From positions 7,688,001 through 7,752,000 of the forward strand of contig NC_135764.1 in the NCBI RefSeq assembly GCF_052425735.1: DNA of 64,000 bases. Reading direction: 5' to 3'. Source of the stretch: Oculina patagonica. Its lineage: Eukaryota. The translations under genes were made by a program, and so were the position numbers. This document shows, in pieces, positions 11,255-23,200 of this stretch (positions within the stretch are counted from its first letter, which is position 1; each line of letters opens with the position of its first letter). The notes below the pieces were generated by a model. The model saw only the letters and a list, made by a program, of their open reading frames with translations. It did not search any database and had not been told where the DNA came from.

Positions 11255-14200
11255 GTATTCGAGAACAGAATTCCGTTGTTAGTCAGATTTATCCTGTCAA
11301 ATCAGTCAATACATAAATATTATACATTTTTATAGTGGATTTGTGGGAAAATCTCGTGCAAAACGCCCATTCAAAACCACTGGACCAGCTGGCCAGTTCT
11401 GACAAGTTTTAAGCGCCCCAAGTCACTCATTGTCAGGTAATTCTGCGATAATGTTACTTCAAACTCCAAGATATGGGTTAAAACTGAAGTAATTCAAAAA
11501 GCCAACTAATAAGGAAAGAGGTACAAAACTGGATGAGAAAAACTTGAAGCTTGATTTCTGTTGTATTCTCTCCACTTGAACATTAATTGGGGAGCCGGGA
11601 GGGGTGGGGGGTTGGGGTCATAGTCCAGTCGGAAGGTTTCCCCATGTAATCCCAAGAAGAAGACAACGATATTTAAACGAACGAAAGCATTTTGATCGGG
11701 CGAGCGCCATTTTGGATTCGTACTCGAGAGAGGATGGGGGAGAGGAGAAAACGCGTCCCAGGAAGTAGGAGTGAGGCAGAATGTAGAGTGATGCCGTAAC
11801 CCTACAGAGATCCAAGTAGTGTATCTGATTGGTCGGGGTAATTTTATACTCGTACTATATGAACAGCGTAATTTACTTACGCTGTTGCTTGGACAGTTTT
11901 GTATAGCGAACCATTCCTGACTGTACAGACACATCAGGAGACCATTCCCGATGATTAGTGTGATCCACATAAACACATTCCACGCCTGCGACACATTCTC
12001 ATGTTTCTTTGGCTTCAGGAACACAAACGACACTGAAAAAGCAAGAGTTAAAACAGTCAAAAGGTAATGAGTAAATCACATAATTTGAGCATAGGGGAGA
12101 GTAATTTGACGTCTTCGGAATTCTTCGCATGATCTTCGGAAATTTTCCGACGTTTTCGGGTGATCTTCAGAAGGTTTCGAGTGAACTTCGGCAATCTTCG
12201 AAAAAATTGGATGACAATCGGCAGCCGTTAGCGGTCTACAAGTTCCTTCTTACTTATTACGGAAATTTTTGCACTAGTGTAACACTTTTTCTGCATTCAA
12301 GTTACATAAAAAGGCTGCACCCTTTATTACCCATTAGGATTCACTAATTTTACAAGTTAATTATCAAGACCAGTCCATAAAAATGCATATCGGACTACTT
12401 ACATCCAACGGCACCAAACATGACGAGGAGGATTGGGAAGAAAAAGCGAAATGCGAACATCAGCACGTATTCATGAACAATGGCGGACAAGATGAACACT
12501 GTCACAGTAGCCAATTGACGGTTCTTGATGAACTGAAGAAAAACAAAGAAAATAAGCCTTGTGATCGATCCTAGTTTATGCTGATCAACAGTTATTTTCA
12601 TCTCACAGTATTGATAGACAGTCAACTCTATCTTAACGGACACCTCCATATTAGACGGACACCTGGTGATGGTCCCTGTCGTTTTTCAGTCACTTAACTG
12701 TAACTGAACTCCCTGTAAGACGGACACCTCTCTAAGACGGACAACGGACACTTTGAAACCCTCAACGGGCACTTGAAAAGTGTATTTTTTTAGTGAATAT
12801 TACTTCAAACTTCGTATCGACATATAAAAGCAAATTAGTCTGCGCCTTACTTAGGTTTCGCTTTAGCAACCAACTTAAAACAGACTTTTACGTGATCCAC
12901 TGTGCAGACATCCAGCTTTATTATCTCAGAATTACTGGTGTCGTGTTACCTTGACTCTCTATAAAACAGACACCTCTCTAAGACGGACAGTTGAGGCCGG
13001 TCCCGAAGGTGTTTGTCTTAGAGAGAGTTGACTGTAAAGACAGTAATCAGAGATAAGGGTATTGCGTTCGACCCAAGACATTGATACTACAGGGAAAAAG
13101 AAAGCCAGGCAGTGGCGGCAGAATGCACCTTATATAGCCATCATTTAAAGTGCTACTATGATCAAATTTTTGATCTTCATATTTTTAATTGTCGTGAACA
13201 ATTAGACTTTCTTACTCACCTTGCCAAATTTCAATCCATTACGAACATCAGAAGTCGTTGTATTATGACATTTATTCCAGAGAATTTACGGCCGCCATTA
13301 ATCAACCTTGTTCCAAGGCTTGGTTGCGAATAGGGAGAAAATGACGTCAAAGGCTAAAATACCTCACGGGTTGAAATTAGAATAACAATCAGCATAGAAA
13401 ATTGCACGAAAAACAAGCCCAAAGTTTTTGTTGCTTTTCGCGTGATTTTCAATACATATTGTTATTATAATTTCAACCCGTGAGGTATTTGGAGCCTTTG
13501 ACGTCATTTTCTCCCTATTCGCAACCAAGCCTTGGAACAAGGTTGTTTAATGGCGGCCATAAAATATCGGAAATAAACGTTAAAACAAAACGACTTCTGA
13601 TGTTCGTAATGGATTGAAAATTTGCAAGGTGAGTAAGAACGTCTTATTGTACACGAAAATGTTAAAATATGGAAATCGAAAATTTGATCATAGTGACACT
13701 TTAATAACAATTTAAGGGGGCCACGTCACGGGGATTTCGCAGATTTTTGGTCTAAACTGTTCTGAAATCAGTGGTAGGAAACTTACGCTATGAAAATCAT
13801 TATCTTTGACCATAAAGGTAGATTTAACGTTAATTTGTGGATAGAAATCAAGGTACGTCTATAAATATCGATTTTTTTGAAGACGCATGGAAGCAACTTG
13901 AAAAGTTAAAGGGACTATGTCACGGCTAAGTTAATCTTATGTTTTTAAATTTTGCCAAATATTCGCTATGAAACTAAATGTTTGCAAAGAAATTAATTCT
14001 TTGATACTAAATAACAAAACCATAGCTTCATGGCAGCCAATTGTGTCTCCCGGGCGTCATAAATTAAAGTCACAAGCAGATAAGATTAACTTTGAAAACT
14101 GTTCCGCCGGACCATATTTCAAAAGCCCACATCGCAATCCGTTTCATTCTTCGACACTTTTGGCCATCCGTTCCTTCTTTTGCATTTCGTGTGTTATTTA

Positions 14201-17200
14201 AATATTGCCTTCACTGTGTTTAAGAGGTTATTTTATACATTTAAACAAATTTGATGGTCATTTCCTATGCTTAAGTTTGGCTAAAATCCGTGACACGGTC
14301 CGGCTGATTGCAATCCATTTCCATCCGAGCCATCCGCAGCCAAACACGCTTGTTTATAGTTTCAGTACTCTAATATAGCAATTATAAATAAAAATGGACT
14401 ATTATTTTTAGGTTTCCTACGTCACAAATATAAATTTTGGCTGTTCAAAAATCTGGTGAAATCTGTGACAAAGTCCCTTGACGAGATCCATACCTTGACC
14501 ATGTCCTTGTAGATGTAAGCATACAGCCAGTCATGCACCACAACGTTCCACGTGCGATAATAATCTGCATACGATGCAGAGTTCCACCAGTCCTGTTAAA
14601 CACAAACAAAAAACACGTTCATTTTTGGGCTAAGTGCCGTTTTCTGTTTATTTTCTTAAAATGCCTGGTGAGTTTCCGAGTCATGTTACCCAGTCAGAAA
14701 ATTATACGAACTCTAGCGCGCGTACCGATAGCTTCCAGCGTGTCGCGACAACCATACCTCACGTTGCTTAGCGACCCTCGTAGAAAATCGCGGGCTTAGT
14801 GAAGAGTAACAAAGTTATTACTTTTTACACAAACTGTTGTGCTGCGTTTATGACTTGACGGTCAAGTTAAACACTTAAATTATTATCAGCTGGAAGTTAA
14901 TAAGGGTAAACTGCAGCCGTAGCCATCATCATCATCATCATCATCATCATTATCATCATCATCATCATCATCATCATCATTAGCCAACAGGAAATTAACC
15001 TACAGAAACTAGCTCAGTTGATGATTCCAGATGTTGACAGGTCTTGGTATGGACGAAAACTTACAAACATCTTTTGTGCTACTGTATAATGAACCTGGAA
15101 TTTTAAAAGAATTAAGAAAAGCCTTTCCAAATCAATTTCTAGTTAATGATCCACTAAGTAAAGAATAGTAAATGTTTTAACAGACCTTGTAGAACATCCT
15201 GTCAGCAAATCTGGTCATTTCTGCAAAGGCGTTTAACCAGGAGTGAAGAATAGCAAAGAAACCAAGAACGAGGACCATTGTGGCAGGCAACATACAGCTG
15301 AACACTGAAAGGGTGAAATGCCTGACAGAACAAAAAAAGTCAACTAAACTGACTTCTTTTTTCGGGTACCAGTTTCAGAACACTCAAGTAAAATGTCTGG
15401 GGTTCGACGTAAAAATTTCTCACACTGATTGCATGACCTGCAGAGATCTGATTGGTTAATGGTTATTCTCATTTGACCAATCAGCATCATCTTTGTAAAC
15501 TAATGCATGTCATCTTCACCTTCCACAGACAGCTTACTGAGCAAACTTCTGCTCTCCTTTTTAACATTACTCAGTGTAAACAAAAATGTGGTTTTCTGTT
15601 TTATAATAACGTTTCCGAACTATCATCATCAAGTTTAAAGTTTACCCGAACATAATCCATTTTAGTCTTATCGAATTTTGCCCATCCATACCCCTTTATG
15701 GCCTTTCTTTGATTCTTTTGAGTTCTTTTACAGTTTTAAGCCGTTATTGTGATATTTCAAGAAACTATACAAATAATTAATGGTACAAACAATTTTCTGA
15801 CACAGTTTCCTCCAAGCTACAAACTTACTTGAAGCTCCAGTGTCCCTTTCCAATATTTCTAAACACAGGCACACAGAAGCGAGCGAATATATAGTAAGTG
15901 TAGAATATGCAGGACAGTGTTTGGAAGGCATTGGATACCACATAGTTCCATCTGATATGAGGAGTCCTGAAAAATCATTAACACGTCTACTGTGAACAAA
16001 TTGACTTTTACGTTATCATAGAGTGGAATCGAAAAATGAGGCAGAAAGTGCAGAGAAAATTATCACCCCAGTGAACACTTTTCAAATGTGCAAAAGGGTT
16101 TATATATGGGTATAAGGGGCAGAAGTAAAACTTCATTGTCTTGAGAGTTAGTTTTCTAAATTTCGTTTATAATAACAACAATATTTTGATATGACAGAGT
16201 GATTTTGGATTGGCTGTCATATAACTAAAACCAAAGTTATCACTCTGGCCAATCACAAAGGACATGGACAATCGTTCCAGTGAATCAATCAAAACTGGCA
16301 AGCACATGAAGCCTGCGTAAAGTGTGGGAAAACCTGCGAGCGATTTTGGTTTTTCTTCTTATTGGCTGAGAAAGTGGTGCAAGCATTTTTTTAAACCAAT
16401 CACTAATGATAGTAATCCAAAACCAAAACAAAAGCGAATCACTCCAGTGAGAATTACTACAGTAAATGACGTAGAAAGTCACCTACAACTTAAGACATTA
16501 GTCCTTGGGAAGGTTGCACATGATCGCTTTGATTTCCACAACTTTTAAATAAATCTGAACTATAGGTACGTACACAAGGTGTATGGGCCCCCCTCTCCCC
16601 CATATCAATGTTGAAGTATTACTGAACATTATGATAGACAATATGCTGTGATTGAAGTCTCTAGGTATACCCAGGGTCCGAAATTAAATTTTTTACATCG
16701 GCGCCACCTGGCGACCGGACCGAAAGTTTTAGTCGCCAGATGGCAACTTCTGGTCGCCAATGTTTTTCGATTGACTTTCCTTTTACACTTAAAAGACGAA
16801 ACATTGTTCTTCTTTCTATTTTTGGCCATTCATATGCTCAAAAACAGCTTACTCATACCACAAAACAACGATGACAATCACTCAAAGAAATGCTGTACCC
16901 GCCTATAAGTAGAGTCTTAAAAAGTCTTCTTTATCGAATGTTAACTCTCTAACATTTAAAGGAAAATACTTTACAGTCTTACCCAAACATTCCGCTCTTT
17001 AATAATATAAAAAACATCATTTCCACCAACTTTCTGACATATCATTCGACAGGTAGGTTTTTCATTCAACACAGTGACAACAAGACGTGTCGTTCGTGGA
17101 ACGTCGTAGCTTAGTAGCCTGGCATGTAATGATATCTAAATCTTCCACAAAGTTTTTTGCATCTGTAGCCTTACCAGTTTCAAGTAAATGACGGAATATT

Positions 17201-20200
17201 CAGCGTGTCCGCGGACATGACATTGCCAGAATGAATATTCATTGCATGGACCATTGCATGCGAAAGAAAGCACATGTCTGGGCGCGCCCGCAATAGTGTC
17301 ATGGGGAAAACCGCTGAGGAAAACAACATGGCGGCTTGCAATGTTCGAATCGTGTTGATCGCAGCTGTTGGCTGAGCTGTTGGGGAGTTTATACATTATG
17401 TAGCGAGAAATTTACTTCAGTGTTATCTCAAGGACATCACTAAGATAAAAAGTGAGTCAATAAATTGTTAAAAAACGGCTCCGAATTTTATTTTTAATCA
17501 ATTTCTCTGAATACTCTTACAAAGCAACTTAGTCGCCAGTGGGCGATCAGTTGTGAAATTCTGGTCGCCAGCTCTCAATATTTAGTCGCATTGGCGACCA
17601 GGAAGGCGCAATTTCGGACCCTGGGTATACCTCAACATTGAATGAGGGGGAGGGGGAGCGCAAACTTGGCGACCTTCCCAACAGTATTGTCTGGGGTTGT
17701 AGCTTGCCATGTGGCTGTACAGCTCAGGGGTTAGAAGAAGAAATATTGTTTATTAAAAACCTGTTACACTTTGCAGTCCTTAGACTGAATTACGTGTAAA
17801 TGTATAAAAACTATATATATTACAAGATTTAAAAAATATTAAAAGCTATTTACATTAAAATATATTATATATTAAAATATATTATATATATAAATATATT
17901 ATATATATAACAGGTCTGTTTCGTAGACCAACCAAGCGTTATCCACTCATCAGTTAAATTCCATATACACTGTCGCATCGCTAGGGTTTATATACATCAA
18001 TGGTGTGATCGTTACAAAATTCAAACTTAAAAAACAATAGTAATATACATTTGTAAGCTTATGATTGGTCCTTGAGGACGCTATGGAATTTAAGAAGAAA
18101 TTTTCGCTTGTGCCTGCAAGTTGATACAAGCTCATTACGTTTGTAAATTTCTTCTTAAATTCAATCGCGTCCTCAAGGACCAATCATAAGCTTACAAATG
18201 TATATTACTATTGTTTTTTAAGTTTGAATTTTGTAACGATCACACCATTGATGTATATAAACCCTAGCGATGCGACAGTGTATATGGAATTTAACTGATG
18301 AGTGGATCAACTCTTTGTTGGTCTACGAAACAGACCTGTATTAAAGCCCATATGAAACGATACTGAGTAGAAAATCACTGTTATTACCGCTCCTTCATTG
18401 TTGAGCACTATTCTGGATTTATCAGTGTGAAACCCACCTGAAGTCATATATTATATATATAAATATATATGTTGTGCGGAGGTCCCTATGTTCCCGACAA
18501 CTAAATTTACATCTCTCCCAATCTTTATGATGTTTGTTTACCTTTAAACTTCAATGTCTTTTTTTCAAAATTTGAGCTCACAAAAGGTGTGGCTTATCTT
18601 CAAGACAAGTGAAGCATACAAAACTGTGTTTTTAATACTTACATCGGGTACTGATCTCTGTAGATAAGAGTTGGACAAAACAGGAAATACAAGTATTGTC
18701 CAAACTCTGGCAATGGTTGATTCTCTTTCTCCAGTTTGTCGTCTCCGTTTGCGGCATCATCAACAACCTCATCGGGTTGATCTGTTTCTGCCTCTGCTGG
18801 TGGTTCTGTTTTGTCCTTTATCCCTAAGAGAAAAAGGATTTATATGGCAATCAGAAGGGGCAATTTTTATCTCAAGCTTGAGATTTACAAGAGTTGATAT
18901 ATGGAGCTTACCTTGTGTCTTTTTGTATGAAAGAACCTTGGGAGCATTTTCTCTTACAAATGCATGAACTTTCAGCATGAAGCGAATCTGTAATGAAAGG
19001 AAAGGAAACCATTAAAATGATGATTTGATGAGTCTTGATAAATTATAAAATAGTAAATGTAGTTTTTGTCAGCAATTTACAATTCTTAAGAAATGCTTAT
19101 TCACTGACTCTTTTTTCTTCACTAACATGTTTCAAATGTGTTGTTCCACAAAATATCCATACCCCTCAAGAGAAGGGTTTTTTGGTTCAAACACCCCCTC
19201 CTAACACCCCTCAAGAAAGAAATTCCAGTTTAGCTTCACCCTTTACATTAAAATTTTAGCCTTCAAGACCCCCCCCAAAGCATGCGCGCCTCGAAGGAGT
19301 AAGCAGCGTGGGCAAATCGTCCGCCAAGGCCGTCAAAATTTTTCAATATTTAATGGCCGAATCCCATGGAAACGTTGACAAAGAGAAAAAATAGGTCGTC
19401 TAACTCCTCTACCAACGAGTCGCCAGAACAAAAAAAACCTCGGAACACACAAAATAACACCGAGCAACTCCACGTGGACGACGAAGAGAAGCCGCCATTA
19501 ACGGGTCCGTGCATCATGAGTGAAGCTGATAAAATGCAGGAGACACTCCAACAAATTCTCGAAAAGCTTGGAAAACTAGATGCTATCGAGCAGTCTGTCA
19601 ACAATATTCAAGCTACCCTTCTAAAATTAGAAACGAGAACTGAAACTCTGGAAAGTTTTCAAGCCAACACCACCAAAGACATCAACGACTTGAAAGAAAG
19701 CTTGAACTTCGCTGAAGGGAAACACAGCTCTAAACTTGAAAGCATCAACAAGCACAATGAAAACATCAACCTGAAGCTTACTAACCTCGAAAAAGAAAAC
19801 CAGGCGCTTAATAAAAAAGTGGCCGACTTGGAAACAAAACGCCTTTATCTAGAAGCGTACTCGCGACGGGAGAACATAAAGTTTGAAAACATCCTCGAAT
19901 TTGAAGACGGCAGCGACAGGGAAGACACCGAGCAAGTCCTCCGTTCGTTCTTAGAAACTGAGCTGGGCTTTTTGAACGCAAGCATCGTAGAAATTCAGCG
20001 GGTGCATCGGTTAGGAAAAAGAAGGAGGGCGAGCCAAGACCTATTCTCGCCAGATTTCTAAGATACAAGGATTGCGAGCAGATCCTTTCCCTGGGAAGAC
20101 GTCTAAAAGACAGAAACTACAAGATGTATCAGGACCTGCCGTACGAAATCGTCCAGAGAAGGAAACGACAAATGCCGACACTGATGAAAGCGAAAAAAAA

Positions 20201-23200
20201 TAAGATTCCCGCAGCCTTCAGCAAGGCCCAGCCAGAAAAATTGTTCATAGAGGTAAGCTCTGGCCAGATGGAAAAACCTAGAAATCTTTAAATTTTTATC
20301 GACCCGAAATAGGAAACTATATTTAAGAATTATTTACTCTTTTTTTCCTCTAAGAATAAGCCCGAAAAACGGCTTATGCGGACGGTAGATCGCTTTGAGG
20401 TAGTAAACATCGACACAGCGCATCCTAACAGCTAAGTTTTATTAAGCTCTAGGTAATTACTCCCGAATTAACCTAATTTTGTTTTGAATCAAAATTCGAG
20501 GGCGATTGCAAGAGCCGCTTCGTTTTGTGTTTTATGTAAACTTTTGTTGTTCGTTTGATTTACTGGCCTATTGTGCAATATAATGACACTTATTTTTCAC
20601 AAGTCTCATGGCATACAAAAGTGTAAATAATTTAAATAGAGGTCTCATGAAGGGTCAAACATTCTAAACGGACTGCATATACCCCAGAAATTATTGAATG
20701 GGTGATTTAAAAATTAATTATTCTCTAAATAAGGGGCTCGAGAGGTTTCTAAACGGAAAGAAATTTTTACTGCTAAGGAAGAAAAATTTCCATAACACTG
20801 CAAGTCGCACAGAAAAAATATTATTTGTGGACCCGAATGGGGATCAAAGCCCTGTTTAGTTTTTCAGCAGGCAGCCGCACCTGTTTAATAACAATTCCAT
20901 CTGCAAATCACCAAAACACGCCAGATCCTAATGTCGTTTCATCACTGCGACATTTTACAAATGGTAAACATCACTTTTGCAATCTATATGCGCCAAATGA
21001 AGATAAACCTGATTTTTCAGAGATATAGCCATTTATTTACAAGATTCTCGACGAGATCAATAGGAGGAATTTTAATAGTAGGATGTTTCAAAAGATAAGA
21101 AAGGGGCGTGCCAGCACACATAAAAACTCACTTGAAGAGGTTAAAGGCATTTGCGAAACCTGGGATGTTGTAGATATTGGAGAGTACTAAATCCAGAGGA
21201 AGAAAGATAACTTGGCGACAGAAGAATTTACAAATTCAAGTAGGCTCGATTTCCTCTTGATCAGCCAAAGTCTAAAAACATGTCACACCGTGGACATTGT
21301 TCCTGGATACAAAACGGACCACTCAATGGTAACCATGGAAATTACAACAAACGCTAACCCCAGAGGGCCGGGTTTCTGGAAATTGAACACATCATTTCTA
21401 TCGGACATGATTACATCTCAAAAATAAAAGACCGATCCAACAAACAAAAAACGAATATTCAAATGATCCGTTTGTCTCTCCTGCTCTCCTTTGGGAAATG
21501 ATAAAACTTAAAGTGAGAGAATCATCGCTATATTATTCCAAAGAAAGAAAGAAAAAAAGCGCTCTTCAAGAAGACGAAATAGAAAGGACCATAGCCGCGA
21601 TTGAAATAAAATTAGAAGACAAAAACATTGAAGCGAAGCAGCGGGAAGAACTTTTAGGCGTGCTGAAAAGCAAAAAAGATCAACATGAAAAGATAATAGA
21701 ATACCGAACAAAAGGGGCTATTTTAAGATCGCAGTGTCGATGGCATAATGAAGGTGAGAAAAACACCAAATATTTTCTTAATCTGGAAAAAAGACATTAC
21801 AAACAAGGAACAATAAGCCAGCTAAAAACCGACAATGACATCGTCATCACGACAGACAAAGATATTTTAAAGGAATGTCTTTCCTTTTATAAAAATCTGT
21901 ACGAGACAAAGCTAACTTCTGAACAAGATCCATCTATCATGGAAAAATTTTTCCCGGCCGAAAATACAATACATCTTTCACAAGAAGAACAAAATTTGTG
22001 TGAAGGCCCACTCACGGAGAAAGAGTGTCTCACTTCCTTAAAGCAAATGGCCGACGGCAAAACCCCTGGAACTGACGGGTTACCAGCAGAGTTCTATAAA
22101 ATATTTTGGGATGATATTTCAGGCGCTCTTCTCGCTGCTCTTAACTTTGCATACGAGAATGGGCAACTCGCAATGACACAGAGACGGGGCATAATAAAAC
22201 TTATCCCTAAAAAAGAAGCAGACCTCAAAATATTAAAAAATTGGCGGCCTTTATCTCTGTTAAATTGTGACTATAAAATAGCAGCAAAGTCAATCGCAAA
22301 AGAATCATCTACTCTTCCAAAACTTATTAATAACGATCAGACAGGATTTATTAAAGGTAGATTTATCGGCGAAAACATACGACTGATCGACAGTATTATT
22401 AATTACACCAATGACCAAAGCATCCCAGGCTTGATTTTGCTCTAGATTTCGAAAAAGCCTTTGACACACTCGAATGGTCTTTCGTTGAAAAAACGTTGCA
22501 ACACTATGGCTTTGGCCCTTCCATTCAAAAATGGATACAAACTCTTTACTGTGATATCGAAAGTTGCGTAATGAACAACGGATGGATAAGCGAATGTTTT
22601 AAAATTGAGAGAGGGTGCGGCAAGGCTGCCCTCTTTCTCATTTTATTTGTCCTTTCCGTCGAAGTTTTAGCTAGCGCAATCCGAAGTGACCAACATATTA
22701 AAGGAATTCAGTCAACCAAAAAGAAATCAAATTAAGCCAATATGCTGACGACACGACATTAATCCTTGACGGCTCAAAAGACGCGTTTGAAACTTCGCTC
22801 GATGTTATCGGAAATTAGCAAGATTTCTGGCTCAGACTCAATAATAAAAAAACCGAAGCATTGTGGATAGGTTCAAAAGCAAGAAGCCAAGACATTATGT
22901 TTCCCGAGAAAGGTTTCAGATGGCAGCATTTAAAAATCAAAACATTAGGGTGTGGCTCTCAATAGAACCCGAATTAACGGTAAAGCTGAACTTTAACGAA
23001 AAAAAGAGAAAGTTCGAAATTTACTTAGAAACGGCAGTACCGAAGGCTAAGCTTACTTGGAAAAATCGCTATATTAAAGAGCCTAATTGCTTCACAGCTT
23101 GTTCATGTTCTTTCCCCTCTCCCAACAAACCACCAGGCTATCAAAGAACTGAAGGAGCTTTCTATCATTTCTCTGGGACGGGAAACCCGATAAAATTAAA

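Noticed and set aside
11150-11255. Odd T/G/A homopolymer mosaic
   Set aside because: Looks like low-quality consensus around a poly-T tract, not a biological motif.
17136-17396. [19 protein letters not shown].. repeated at 50962-51180
   Set aside because: The duplication just reflects the two copies of the hAT-like MITE; no transposase motifs.
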